64,000 bases of DNA from Oikopleura dioica (GCA_907165135.1 OU015568.1:16875208-16939207), one strand, 5' to 3'; positions 24,501-37,734 are shown, numbered from the stretch's first letter. Notes: generated by a model from the sequence alone, not told the origin. Numbers and translations are program-made.

Positions 24501-25127
24501 CCCAATCAAGCCAGAGCAAGTGCAGTGGACGGACAGACCGAAATTCGAGGCCAGCTCGCAGTACAAGGTACTTACAAGGCAATCATTGATCTTTTCGCAG
24601 AGAAAAACGAAGAGCGTCGATTCAGAAGTTCAAGAATCTCTTGATTTTCAAGAGCGCCGCTTTCACGCGCCATTATTTATCTAATCAAAGCTACAAATGC
24701 CGTTTTCTTCGATACACGTACTTTACGAATTTGATTGAATCCAATTTTCATACATCGTTTCTTAATTTTAATGAGAGTTGAAAGAGGAGAGTTCAAAGAG
24801 TCGGTTGCTTGTTTTGATGAGTTGCGCGATATGTCGATAATTTGTAAAATAGGATCACTTCGTTGGGGCAACAGGGCGTCGGCCAGCGAACTACAAGCCA
24901 GTGTTGTCTTACCGGAAGCCGTCGCAGGAGATGCTCAAACTCAGCACAGGTATTACTCGCCCGGATTAGCCAAGCTCACCAAATCCAACACTCTAGCCCG
25001 GGAAGCCTTCCGAGGCGACTTCGCCCTGCCCCCAAAATCCTGCAAGCCTGAACTGCGAGCCTACCACAACGAGACAGGCATGGACTCGGCCACAGAATAC
25101 AGAGACCGCTACAGTCATCGAAACTGA
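21570..25127 (+). CDS. SAXO/FAM154-like axonemal microtubule-stabilising protein (Mn-type repeats)
   Basis: About 12 small exons with repeated motifs: KSEYHLEYPP, KFAAVTNYSGDFT, FAKETTVNHDYVSHP, LGTNYAADYAP, PLTNYSADF, KFEASSQYK, DSATEYRDRY. Stop at 25125-25127. The true start is probably near 21200 and was not resolved. Confidence 0.65.
23462..23645. repeat. Palindromic MITE, CCTGAGTCAGG family (representative copy; ~17 in window)
   Basis: Arms GGCTCGGCAACCTGTGTAGAAAACCTGAGTCAGGG and its reverse complement. Other copies at about 3341, 6524, 9256, 13290, 22496, 26071, 27972, 29980, 33062, 33768, 35474, 43091, 46703, 49428, 60855 and 63732. Confidence 0.9.
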
Positions 25128-25610
25128 GAGGATCAATGCTGGTCGATTCTCGATTCTGTGAATAGCTTTATTTTTTTATCGAATGTATTTTACATGACAA
25201 CGAAAATATAACATTAATAATAAACGAAAATAGTTTTGCAACTTCAGGGAGTAGAAATATATCAAGATTTTTATCCGGGCTTTTTGACAAAAATTAACAT
25301 TGTGACACCCTTATTTTCTGCCAAAAAATGAGAATATCCTTGAAATAACATCATATAACAAGTTTAATATAAAAAATAAGGATGTCACCATGCAAACTTG
25401 AGGAGAAAAAGCTAAACAAAAATCGCGCTTATTGAAGTCCACTCCAAAGATTGAAATCAAAGTGGAACATCAACGTAGGAACATAACGGAGTTTAAGGAA
25501 GCAAATGCAGGAACAGAAAAAATGAGTAATAGTTTTAGTAAAGTTTGAGAGCTCTGGAAATTGTGGTTAACTTTGAAATCGTTACTTTGAATTTTTGAAT
25601 TTTGGACTCG

Positions 25611-26588
25611 TCACTTCTTTTTTTGCGGCTTAGTTAGAGCAGCAAAGAGTTGAACTCCTTGTTCAACCCATTCAGCCGCACTCTTCGGTTGTCGACTCTG
25701 GTTGCTATCGACTTTGGCGGAATCTGCGCTTCCATCGCAGCGTGCTCTAGAGATAAGCAGTGAGAAAGCTGATTTCTATTCTAGTAGAAATCAAACCCGC
25801 TGGCTGGCTGCGGATTGCTCCGTTCGAGATAAGCATTTGCCCAATCGCCGAGAAGGTTGAGCCCAGTTTCCATTACTTTCGCCTCGGCACGTTGATAGAG
25901 CAGATAATGCTTCGCGTTCGTGGCTTGGAAGGGCTTAGGGAGCGTGATTGAGGACGGATGAACTCAACGCCTGGATTGCCTTTCAATTTAAAGCAGTCGG
26001 CAGCACGCGCTAATGCTCCGTGAACTTTTTAGAGCAGAAAGAAATTAACCCGGGCGATTGCCTATTGCTTGGCTCGGCAACCTGTGTAGAAAGCCTGAGT
26101 CAGGTTTTGGAGAGCTCATTTTCAAGCGCATTTGGGCCCTTCAAAACCTGACTCAGGATTTCTACACAGACTGCCGAGCTCAGACCAATTGAAACTGGAA
26201 TGTTTCCTGAGCCGTTCCTGAAAATGGGCCAGGAAATAGATACTCAATTAGGGTATTGGAATACGTTCGGCAGTTGTGATTGAAGAGGCGGTATTTGTCT
26301 AGGCTACTGCTCAAACACACAAAAGAAGCAAAAAACGTTACCAGCTGTCCAGTCCTCGCGAATACTGAAAATGTAGCTTTCGAAGTCTTGCTGAGAACGC
26401 TCCGTGAAGCCGGCGTAAATTTCATCCGCCAGGTTGAAGCCTTCTTTTGGCGCGTACTGGCTCGCTTGTTCAGCACCGTATTTTTCGAACCAGTAATGTT
26501 TGCCGAAAGCGCGCACTTCTGTGTGAATTTCGTTTACTAATCCCATCGAGAAGGCGTAGCCGATCACGTAAACTTCCGATCCTACCAT
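25611..26588 (-). CDS. PPPDE/DeSI-family (C97) isopeptidase
   Basis: IHTEVRAFGKHYWF (catalytic His) and YRLFNHNCRTYS (catalytic Cys). Four exons ending ..LFAALTKPQKKK*. TTTTGCAG acceptor 2 nt before the ATG. Confidence 0.8.
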
Positions 26589-26653
26589 TTCTGCAAAAAA
26601 TACAAAAATTAATTTTCATAATTTTAATAATTCTAATAGTTTGGCAGTTTGAA

Positions 26654-29600
26654 TTAAATTTCGAGTCCTAAAACACCCTCGATTTCGTGAATTTCTCGAG
26701 GAACCAAGTCTGTCAGCACTTTGGCGCCATCTTTCGTCAGGGCGACTGTATCTTCTATCCTCACTCCGATGTTGTGGTACTTTTCCGGGAAAATGGGGTC
26801 GGCGGGGATGTGCAGTCCGGGCATGATGTTTAGTACGTGTCCGGCGCGGAGTCGGTCCCTTGTGTTTTCAAGAATCTGGTCTTGAAGATCTGAAAAACAC
26901 GATTCAGGGGAACACGTGAAAGAACACCCTTGCCAGATTGATTAGGGCGAAAAAGGAGGGGACAAGAGATCCGGAAACCGGAGGCGAAACGCCCGACAAG
27001 CGTTAATTAATTTCTTTGGCGAAGAAACACTGACGAACTTACCGAGGCCGATGTGGTGCCCGATGAATTGTTTCGACAGCGATCGGGCAATTACGCCGAA
27101 GGTCTGCTCCCGCGACAGTTTCTGGTTTTTGAAGAAACCGAGGTCGAAAAGGCGCTGCGAAAAAGTGACGATCATGTAGGTCCACAGCTGATCCAGCGAA
27201 ACCTTGATCTTCTTGTGATTCTGATTGTTGGGTTAATGAAAGCCCCAAAGAGTTTTTTATTAAGATTTTTCAAATAAAGATTTTTAATTTTTGATAATCG
27301 ATCTTTAAAAATAAAAAAATTCATAAATTAAGCCCATATTCTTGAGCATATTTAAAATAGTATTTTGAACTTCCAACACGATCGCGTAAATTTCCGCTTG
27401 TTCCGTCGAAAACTTCCCGCTAACTGGCCACGTGCGGGAGATTCTGAACGAAAAGAAGCATAAGAATTTGATTCTCTCCTTTGGCTTACTTTTACCTGGC
27501 TGTGTAGCCGCTAACTCGCGGACTGGCGGAAGCGATTACCAAGGCGCCGTCCTCGACCTGGCCGAAATTCTGGTCGTAATGAGGCATTATTGCGCGCTCG
27601 CCGCCAGCCACCACCGTCGAAGTGGAGAACACCTTCTCTGCGCCTCTGGAAAAAGACGATTAGAAAACGCGGCGGCGATTACGGCGCCAAAAGAGGATCA
27701 GCCAAGTTTCTCAAATAAGATAGCCTTGAGCCTGATACACGCGCGCGAGTTTGATAAACAGGGGCTTTATTCGAGGATGATCTAACCTGCTGCGGCAGCC
27801 GAACTCGAACAGCGAACTCAGGTAATTCTCGCAGCGGTGTTGACGAGACGCAATCATAACGTCCAGCAGCCCTTCCGCAGAAATGCCCGCCGCCTTGCCA
27901 ATAATATCCACTTCCTTCGCCCAGAGTTCAACAAAAATGCTTTTCAATTGATATCTGAGAGCCATTTGCTCGGCTCGGCAACTTGTCTAGATAACCTGAG
28001 TCAGGTTCTGAGAGAGCTAGAATAAAAAGCCGCGGAGCGGCTTTCTAAGAACGTAGCCGCGAAACGTCTCCGCTAGAATTTATGAAAATTCGTTTTTAAA
28101 AAGGCCGCTCCGCGGCTCTTCATTTTAGCCTTTTCAGAACCTGACTCAGGTTTTCTTGACAGGTTACCGAGTCCAGGCGATTTTAACGTAAGGAAAAACT
28201 TTTGAACTCGTTTCCTCAGGTGTTTTATCCGCGCGAATCTGCTGAATTAGCGGAGACAAGGGGAAAATTTCTGCCTCGTTTTGCACGGCGGTGATTATTC
28301 CATCGTGAATGTGGCGTGAGTGGAGTGACATGTTTCCGATTCGCCCGGGCTGAACGTCTCCCCATATTTTGAAGTTCGACTGAAAACAGGCAATTATCTT
28401 TCTAAAATAGGCGCGAAAATCGTCCTGCTTCTCATTAGAAATTTTTCTTTCGCTGGAACTGTTTTTCCAGCTTTTCTTATCATTTTTTCTTCGATTTCTT
28501 TTTCAAAATTTGGCATAAAATATCTCTATCTTTGAATTTTGAGGAAAAAGCGATAATCAATTGTGCGGTGGGTTTTGTAAATATGTAACGCGCTTTTTGG
28601 AACGATGAGAAGCAAAAGCGAGATTGTTGATGATTATTGACGTACCTTTGCAAATTGTTTCATGTCTTCGGCGAAAGTCTCGATGTCTTTTGTCTCGTCG
28701 ACGCCAGTGAGCTTCTTAGCCAGCTCGGTTCCCGCTCGGAAACCCGTGACCATTTCGTTTGCCTGATTTTAGGGTTGAAAAAATCTAATTATCGAAAAAA
28801 TTTAAAAATCAAATTTTCCCGCTTTATCGCAGAATTTTGTTTTTCAAAAATTTTCAATTTATTATTTTTTAATTTTCGAACAAAAAACTTTGTTTAAATG
28901 AAATTTTCAACCATGAGCTCATCCCTCTCAGAAACGTACAACGTGGCCTTGTGCTGCGGGAAGGGCAGTCCTTTTCTGGGTTCTTGAACTTTAGACTTAC
29001 TTTGCCGCGAAAAAGGGGAAGATTTCAAAATATTGAACCGAGTGTTCCTTTCACCGTGGAGACGAGCAGAATCGCGTCGGCCTCGACAAAGCCTGTTAAA
29101 TAGTGGAAATTCGAGTCCTGCACAAAAGGATAATAAGTTCCAGTCGACATGAGCTTGTCGCTCGCACTTGGCAGGATCATGACGAATTCGGAGCGTTCTT
29201 GGCCTTGAAAATTGTGTAAATTTCGAGAAAAGAGATGATTTTTATTAAAATTTCATCTATTTTTTCACTGATTTTCTTAACAACGCCATGGAACAGTTGA
29301 AAAGATTATGATCAGAGTAATAACCGCTACAACTTTAAGATTTAGATCATCAAAAAAACAGAATTTTTCGGAAGCAACGAAATTGCTGACAGCTGCTAGC
29401 AATAAAGGAAACTGGCTATAAAGCGGATAGGTGAAAACTTATTACCATTCAATGTTTGACTCCTGAAATGAAGCTGATAAACAGAAGAAAAAGCAATATT
29501 TTGCCATGAGCTTCGAAGTACTGTTTTGTTTTTTGTTTCTACTACTGATAAAATAGAATTAGAGATAATAGGAACGCAAATAAAAAGGGGAAAATCAAAA

Positions 29601-30895
29601 TTGTTGATTAAAATTAAGTCGCAAAAGTTTTCGCATTTTAGCGGCCGTTTTGGATATTCTAACAACGACCTCTGGAATTCGCCCGCCGTCGAAGAAATAC
29701 CACAAACGTCCACTGCTAGAATCGGTAATTTCTACAATCTCAGCGATCCCCCTTTTTCCCGACAGAAATAAAAGTTACCTTCCATCTCGGCAAGCGGTTT
29801 CAACTCGCTGCTTTCTTTTTCAAGCATCCTCGAAATCACGCGTTTTCGACGATTTTTGAAAAAATCTTTTGCCATTCCCGAAAGAACTTCGTTCTCTTTC
29901 ATGCTCTCGCCATGCGTCCAGGGAGTCATTTGTGGACAAAGAAGAGCCCTTCATTTAGTTCATTTCATAGTAATAGCTGTGCTCGGCGACCTGTGCAGAA
30001 ACCTGAGTCAGGGTCTGAACAGGGTGGCTATTTTGGATTTGGGGGTTAGTTGGAATTGGATTGGATCCAATCCAATAAGTTTTGGATGGAATTTGGATGG
30101 CCAGGGTACCGGATTTTGTTGGGGAAAATTGGGCAATTGGGGGAATTGGGGAAGTGGATCCAATAAAAAATATATCGCTAAACTATGCAAAGAAAGGTCA
30201 TATTCATGATAAAAATGAACAATTTCAGATAAAAAATCATTGTTTTGGCTATGTTGATCCTCCTTTCGGATAAAAACTTACTGTTTCGCTTCTTTTCAAA
30301 GTACTAAAAGCCTTGGAAAAATTGGAAATCCAATTGGATCTAATTGGAATTGGGGATTTTCGGGGAATTGGGTAATAATTGGATTGGGTTGGATTTTCGA
30401 TGGATAGTTACGACTCAAAATTTATTGGATGGAAATTGGATGGCCAGACCCCAAAATTTTGTCCAAAATAGCCACCCTGGGTCTGAAAGAGCTAAAATGA
30501 AAACCTGCGCAGCGGCTTTTAAAAATCGAAGCCGCTGTGCGGCTAAAAATTTGAAAAGCCGCGTAGCTAGACCCTGACTAGATCTTTCAGTCCCTGACTC
30601 AGGCTTTCCACACAGTTTGCCGAGCCAAAAGTAAAATACAGTGGGTTGCGCAGGTAGTTGCCCCTTTGCGATTGCCGCTTTGGTTGCCCCTTCGCCCGCG
30701 CTTTTCTATTGATCCTTTCTAGACTTGCTCAAAGTGATTGCAGGATTGGTTGACCCTTCGCCCGCTCAAACTACCTGCGCAACCCACTGTAAATGCTTGC
30801 GAAAGATATCAAAACAACAAGAAAATGAAAAAAAAAGAACATTGCCTGCGCTGATTTGTCCGAAAGAAAAGCTGCTGCCCGAACTGCCGTAACAT
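26654..30895 (-). CDS. XPNPEP3: Xaa-Pro aminopeptidase 3 (Icp55)-like M24B protein, mitochondrial presequence, degenerate active site
   Basis: Exon 1 30895-30846 (MLRQFGQQLFFRTNQR, GC donor) splices in frame to 29948 (RALLCPQMTPWTHG). YPFVQDSNFHYLTGFVEADAILL; VVAGGERAIMPHY; RTWPVSGKFS; GHHIGLD; GVRIED; stop at 26654. Confidence 0.85.
30020..30479. mobile_element. hAT-like MITE nested in a palindromic MITE
   Basis: 18-bp TIR CAGGGTGGCTATTTTGGA; perfect 8-bp TSD GGTCTGAA (30012-30019, 30480-30487). Confidence 0.9.
30639..30789. mobile_element. Tc1/mariner-type MITE
   Basis: TIR CAGTGGGTTGCGCAGGTAGTT; TA TSD on both sides. Confidence 0.85.
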
Positions 30896-31258
30896 TCTTC
30901 AATTGACAAAATTGACAATTTTTGAATTTGCGTGATTTTGAATTTCTTTCACTCAAATTTCATTCTTTTTTTTTTGTTCGTACTTGTTTTAATTAGAACT
31001 TTTCAAATTGAAAGAAGCACAATCGTGATATTAAATAAAATGAAGACGATGGAAGTGGAGTTGAATTGACAAAAATAACCATATTGCACAAGATGAGACT
31101 TTTGAAAAATCACTGTTAGGACCGGTCGGAAAAAAGGTAACATAAATGACAGCTAAAAGAAAACTAAAAGAGAGAAAAGGAGTATCTGTATTTTTGTTCT
31201 TTGGACAGAGGGAAGTTGAGCTACTGAGAGAACAGGATGATTTCGGCGCTAGAACTTT

Positions 31259-34200
31259 TTACACTTCGATTTCGATGCGAGTGTCGTCGTCTTCTTGTTC
31301 CACGCTGACGACGGCTCCTCGATAAAGGACCAGATTCTTGGTCTCGACTACATTGCACACGATTTCGTGCATTTCGATGTGGTCGTCGACTAAAGTCGTG
31401 TTTTCCGCCGGAATCACTAAAAATATCCTTTATAAAGAGCTCGATATACGAAAATGGAAATGAATACGTTATAAAAAATGGCATAGGGTAAACTTCATTA
31501 AAAAACCACTATAGACTAAAGTGCTTTTTCTAAAAGTCAAAAATTCATTCTCTATTCTCCTAGCAGCTGGAACAAAAATTAAGCTAAATTTGAACTATCG
31601 ACCCCCAGTAACAAATCGGTCGGTCCGCCCTTTTGACCCCAGCTGCGAGATAGAATATAAGAGGGTTCGAATGACTTACAATTATAAAATGAAACGACTA
31701 TGAAAAAAAGAGAGCAGTAAACTGCTTTGAAAATGCAGTTTACTGTTTTGTATTTTTTATACTAAAAATGTACGACGATCTCGACACCATTTCCCATGTT
31801 GTTTGCTAATAAACAAATTTTAACTTTATTATATGCTTTTGCATATAAATAATAATAATATGCCATTATTGAACTTTTTAAAAGTTATTTTAATAAGACA
31901 AAATTAAATTTTACATCATAAATTGCCCGTGTTTCAGAGATTCACAAAAAATATCTTACCAAACGTCATTCTGGGCGAAAGCTTATTGTCCATCTGAACA
32001 GGAGCGAGAATTGGCAGGGGAGAGTTGGACAAAACGTAATAAGTATCGTTGCGGAAGGCTATTTGAGAAAGAGACTCCATCAGTTCCGCGTGTGTCCAAA
32101 ATTTGCTTGGCGCGATTCGAACAAGCCCCGTCTCCGTCCTAAAAACAGCGTGATTATTTGGTGACGCGTTAATGCAGAGCCTGTGTTTGGTGTGGACTTA
32201 CGAGTTGTATTCGCCGATGTTATTTATATCCTCGCTCTCGGTGCGCCACAGCTTGAATGATTTGTGGATTTCGTTCAAGTTCTGGGCCGAGGCCGCGTTC
32301 GGGCACATCTGAGAGCTGGATTTTGAACTTTTCTTCAGCGCCGTTCTATTTAAAATATTGCGTCAAAACCGCGCTCTCTAACAAAAACAAAAACCTGGAG
32401 TCAATTGCCAGTTTGCCCCTGAATCGACTGGGGCTCATGCGCCGCGGCGAGATGGAAATTTTGAACTCTTCGTACAATTTTCGCTGCACGAGCTTTTTCA
32501 CGTCCGCCGAGCCAAAGTGCGCGCGGTACATCAGTTCGTTGAACGCTAATTTTATTAAAAAACGAACTTGGAAATTGAGTTACCGTGATTTTCACGCAGG
32601 TCACTGACAAGATCATCGAGCCAGAATTGCGACTCATTCGCGACTTCGTTCGTCTCGAAAAGTCTCCTTCCTCGATGAACGTTTTCCATTCCTCCAACTG
32701 GAGAGATATTTCCACTACTTTCCGGAGCATACGGCATGGTCATGAAGACCAAGCCAAAAACGATGGACAAACAGGCTGTGGAGGCCATGATTCGCTTTCT
32801 TTTAGGCGGACTATTGTTTGTAGTCCCGATTTGAGCTTGAAGAAGTCGAATTTTCTCCATGAGTTCTTTGTTGATTTTCTTCAGCTGTTCATTTTCCTTG
32901 ATGAGGATTTTGTTTCGCGTTTCTGTCTCTTCCAGATGGCGCTTTTTTCGCTCCCGACTTGAAATAGATATAAATATGACAACATCATAAAATCTGATTT
33001 TCGCAATCGCACCTCGCACTGCGAAGTTTAGTGCGGAATCCGCACTGCGAAGGCACATCCCTGGCTACCAGTGTAGAAACCTGGTTTCAGGGTCTTGTAA
33101 AAACATAAATAAAAGCAGCGTATCTGCTTTTTTTACTAACGAAGACGCAAAGCGGCTTCGCCTAAAAAAACATTTCGATTGGTTTTTATTTCTTCGTCTT
33201 TAAGGACCCTGACTCAGAGATAAACACAGGTTCCAGAGCGCAAATAAAAATGTACCTAACACTGGCAGAATGCCTATTTTTAATTTTTCGTTCTTCAGCT
33301 TTCTTTTGCGCTTCGGATCTTCGGTAAAATTGTCCCTTTGAATCCATTCCGATAGAATGACAAGCTTGGGTTAAAATATCAGGGACTAGAAAGGTGATTT
33401 AAAATTGACTGAAATCAAGGAAGAGAACGCACTTTTGATCTGGGGCGGCGAGAGGGACTGAGCCGGCTTCGCCACGAACTCAGTTGGCTCTACTTTGAGC
33501 AGGACACTGTTGCTCTGAGTGACCATCGGAAGACGCGTTGACTTTTGATCGACGATTTCACAGTCGGGTTCCACCTTGATAATTTGAACCGATTCCGTGG
33601 CGTGTATCCGCTGTTCACGAAGCGGCGTTCGCGCCTTTTTCATTGGCAACTCTTCAATTCCATTGTTCTGTTGCGCCACTGGAACTTGTTTGACTGAATA
33701 TGGCGGCGCTGATCGCCGGGAGACTGGAGGTCTTTCTGCGGATTTTCAGATGTTGAACTTATAGATTGAAACCTGAGTCAGGCCCTGAAAACACTGATTC
33801 CGAATCAGTCAAATCCATTCCTAGTTTGTGGCTGACTGTAACTCATTGCCGATTGATGCTGTATTTGCTGAGCACATTCGTTGGCGCTTTGAACAAACTG
33901 CGATCCAAGGGATTCATTTGAATAGGCACTGTCAGAGCCTAGCGGGAAGAGATTGTTACTTTGAGAGCCGGAAGGATACACCGAATAGACGGGGTCTCGT
34001 GGAGAAGCGCCTTCTGATCCCGTAGAGGCGGTATAAGTCGGAGAAGTTGAGTTGGAACTCGACAGTCCGGGAGAAAGACTGTCCGTGCACCCGAAAATTC
34101 CATCATCGGAAGAGCCTAGATTTAGATTATTGATTCAATATTCTAAACCCGCTCAAAAACACCATATTTTCGGGGCTAGAGGCGACGAAACGACTAAAAA

Positions 34201-34427
34201 TTGCGACGAATTTTGCGTGGAAAATTAAGCCAAAAATAGCCGCCTACGCAAAATTTGTCGCAATTTTTCGTCGCTTCTTGCTTCCTGCCCACTCTTTCAC
34301 CAATTTTTCAACACTTACCGGAGCTTGGAGAGCCCCCGCCGCTGTATTCTGTCAAAAAATCATCAGTCAAAATCTGATCCGCGAAAATCTGATCAATGTC
34401 GAGAAATCCGAGATCGTCGCTATCCAT
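31259..34427 (-). CDS. ATF6: ATF6-like membrane-anchored bZIP transcription factor
   Basis: Acidic N-terminus; bZIP RKIKNRHSASVSRERKKRHLEE plus zipper; TM ACLSIVFGLVFMTM; site-1-protease-like RGRRLF; luminal motifs RNDTYYVLS, PRMTFVIPA, MHEIVCNVVET. Confidence 0.85.
34181..34276. repeat. Second palindromic family (GCGACAAAATTTGCG..CGCAAAATTTGTCGC)
   Basis: Related hairpins at about 6374-6514, 12625-12735, 34181-34276, 53147-53850 and 58860-58960. Confidence 0.7.
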
Positions 34428-34638
34428 TGTCGCGGAATTTTTTCTTTCTCTTTTTAAAAATCGCCAGTTTTAACTCTTAAAAATTCGTAAAACAAAAAAT
34501 ATTCTTTTGTGTTCGCCAAGTTTCTTTTTTTGGCAATAAAATAAATAGAAAGATCCTAGTAAATGTCGTTGTTGAGCCCCACACAGAACAGAAACGTAAG
34601 GCTTGGCGCTTGCCCAGGGGGCTTCAGATAGACACTAA

Positions 34639-35229
34639 GATGAAATTAAAAAACTTCACTTGAGGCAAAATTTGATAAAAATTTTTTCGTGCTCAGAAGA
34701 AAGAGCAGAAAATTTTGAGTCGAATGGGCTAGATTTGACCCGAAATTTTTAACTTTATGACCCTAAAAATTGCGTAACAAAGTCCAGATTAGGGCATTCT
34801 TGATAAACTTTTGGGGAACTTTTAAGGGGTTTCCGTTGGACTTATTCGACGTTCTATAGCTCAAAAGAATCGCCGTCGAAAATTGAGGGGGTTTTTAAGG
34901 GTTTTGAAAAAACTCAAGAAAAAATTTTGACCATTTTCCGACCGGTCGGTTTGAAGGTGTTTCTCTTGGAATTTTTCAAAATACGCAAAAACCCCCCCTC
35001 AATTTTCGATGACGATTCTTATGAGCCCAAAAACGCCGAGAAAATCAATCAAAAACCCCTTCAAAATCGGCCCCAAAGTTTTTTGAGGAAAATGACTCAT
35101 AATGACGTCATTTCAAAAAATTATAGAGCCGGAAGTAGACCAATCGACTCAGAATTTTCTACTCTTTCATATGGGGCCATAAAATTTTTTTGAAAAATTT
35201 TGCCTCAAATGAAGTTTTTTAATTTCATC
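34639..35229. mobile_element. TIR element with internal inverted block, upstream of ATF6
   Basis: TIR GATGAAATTAAAAAACTTCA(C/T)TTGAGGCAAAATTT; flanked by TAA (or CTAAG) on both sides; inner inverted repeat about 34870-35030. Confidence 0.8.
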
Positions 35230-35473
35230 TAAGAGAATTGAACGCCTTCTAGGGCTTACTTTAGAAGGGAATAGTTTTAAAATCAATCATAGCAATTATC
35301 AAAGCGAAAATAAATAAATTGGAGATTGAAAATTGGAAGCCTTCCAAAAATTGAACAAATCACTTTTTGAACAAAAAGAACCTTGATAATTGCAAGAAGC
35401 GATAATATTTTGAATTCTAATAAATAATTTCAAAATCTTAAATAAATAAATAAATAATTGAACAAAGCTCAAG

Positions 35474-35636
35474 AGCTGGGGTCCTAACCCTAACCTGTGT
35501 AGAAAGCCTGAGTCAGGGTCTGTAAGGACTTTGATGAAAAGCCGCAACATTATCCTTCCAATCGCAGCGCGGCTTTTCATCAAAGATCTTTCAGACCCTG
35601 ACTCAGGTTTTCTACACAGGTTGTTGACCCCAGCTC
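35474..35636. repeat. Palindromic MITE, CCTGAGTCAGG family, well-preserved copy
   Basis: Near-continuous hairpin including inner TTTGATGAAAAGCCGC / GCGGCTTTTCATCAAA; CCTAACCCTAACC at the left end. Confidence 0.9.
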
Positions 35637-35759
35637 AAAAAAGCTCTGAACGGTTGAAGGTAGATAGATCAGTAGTTGAAGTTGTGCGAAAATGTACAAT
35701 TTTTCCAGTTTGTATTTTTTTAACGTGAGATTGAAAGTTTCAACAAGCTTTATTTTAAA

Positions 35760-37734
35760 TTATTTGTCGCGATTGGTGACCATCTTCGTCAGCTCGAGCA
35801 GATTCTCTCTAAGGACGGGATCAGAAGTGAGCAGCTCGATTTCGCGCGCTGCACGTTTGGCGTAATTCTCCGCTAGGAGACGTGTCTTTAGCAGTGCGTC
35901 ACTGAAATAATCGATGATGAAAAATTAACTCCGCTATTTGGTCCTGCAGGAAGTCAGAAATAAATTTGCTTTTATAATGGATTGAGATATTATGAGAATA
36001 AGAAATTACCTTTTTCGCGTAATAATATTATGGGCTTTTTGTACATCGCCAGGTTTACTGAATCTCCTCTTCATAAGCGGCCACATTTCCGCCTCATGCG
36101 TTTGACAGGCGTATAAAACAGGGGCTGTACTTAGACCCAGTTTTAAATCGGCACAAGCCGGCTAAAACAGAGTAAGTCTAACAGGTTTTTTTAAGTGTGC
36201 CCAAGAATTTTCGTAACTTTTGATTGGGTTTATATAATAACAATCTGTAACTTGCAGAATGTAGCCGGGTATAAGGTTACTCATTTTAGATAGAGTTGGT
36301 GTCAATATCTTTTCTGGTGAAAAAAAAACCTTAAAAAAAACCTGTTTCTACCATACTGACAATAAATTTGCAAATTGCAACTATTTTAACTTCTCAAAAC
36401 ACGGGCGCGCTACTATACCCTCAAAACACGTGGTCCAATAATTGGACCACAATGCATTATTCAGCCCCGCGCGGCGCGCCAAATTCATAGTGTGAAAAAT
36501 AGCGCTCAGAACTTTTGGCTCTAATTGACGTTTCCGTTGAGTAAAAAAGCTCATAAATGTACTGTTAGAGAGCTTGAACCCTCTTTTATAAAAATATACT
36601 ATTGTAAATTGAAAAATCCTTTCCGATTTTCAACCAGAGAGCGATAGAGAAATGTGGCGCAAATCGCCACCACTTTTGAGTTTTCATTCGAAACTTCACA
36701 CAGTGGTTCGTTTCGGCCCTATCAGCTCACATTACAAAATTCAGGTCAAACAAATTGCTACAACGGGAATTACAGGGGGTCAAAGTCGCCGTGGTCCAAT
36801 GATTGGACCACGTGTATTGAGAAGTTAACGAAAATTTTCAACCAATCAAAAGCCTATGTTGAGCTAACTAGCTAATCAGGAACCGGCTCAGAAATTTTAC
36901 CTTTCCAAGTTGAGCTGAATCCGCTAAGAAATCAAGTCGATCATCTTGAATTTGAAACGCGATTCCGAGATATTTGCCAAAATTAAACGCAGCTTGCTGA
37001 ACTTGAGCTGATTGATCTGTTAACACTGCCACCGCTTCAGCCGAGTTGGCGATCAAAGAAGCCGTTTTTAAATAAGTTTTCTTTATGTATTGTTTGTAAC
37101 GATGCTCGTGGTTGGAATTGACAGATTCTAGCTGGCATAATTCGCCGTATATTAAATCTTCGATGATTCTCGAGATGATTTTTGTCACTTCGTCCGACTC
37201 TAGCGAGGCAAGAAGTTGGGAGGAGTACGAGATTATGTAGTTTCCAGCCATGACGGCTTTGGTTACTCCCCATTTTGAGTTTGCTGATGCTTTGCCGCGG
37301 CTAAATTTGATAATAAATTGAAAACAACGAGGAAAGCAACTAACCGTTCCTCGGATTTGTCAATAACGTCGTCATGAACAAGCGATCCGGTGTGAATCAT
37401 TTCCGCGATCATCGCCACTTTCTGCAGCTTCTCATTCGTCTCGATGCAACCTCCAAGTGCTTCCGCCACTCTACCAACAATAAGAGGTCTGATGGACTTG
37501 CCAGAGCCGTCGAAGTAGTAACAAGCCATTGGGTAGATTTCGTCGTGCGCGTCGTCCGGAACCATAGCAACTTTAATCTTGTCGCTGAGTTTTGAGCCCG
37601 TCATATCGTTTTCTCGCTGAAATCAAGGACGCTCATCAATGGAAAATCAAAATTGTACATACCACATGCAATCCAGCGCGCCGCACATTCGGCATGCGCC
37701 TTGGAGTTCTTCGAATGGGCCCCTTTCGCAACAT
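35760..37734 (-). CDS. PDSS1: Decaprenyl-diphosphate synthase subunit 1
   Basis: GKSIRP; EMIHTGSLVHDDVIDKSEERRG (FARM); YLKTASL; GIAFQIQDDRLDF (SARM); GKPACADLKLGLSTAPVLYA; Arg-rich mitochondrial leader MLRKGPIRRTPRR. Confidence 0.92.
36426..36816. mobile_element. TIR element in the PDSS1 intron with self-palindromic termini
   Basis: ACACGTGGTCCAATAATTGGACCAC on the left and GTGGTCCAATGATTGGACCACGTGT on the right. Confidence 0.65.

Noticed and set aside
29856-30577. W/G/N-rich ORFs
   Set aside because: Largely products of the AATTGG-rich interior of the nested hAT-like MITE.
31221-31484. ORF ending SSSAEIILFSQ as the ATF6 C-terminus
   Set aside because: Splice phase and ATF6-like motifs support the other frame (VIPAEN..EIEV*, stop 31259).
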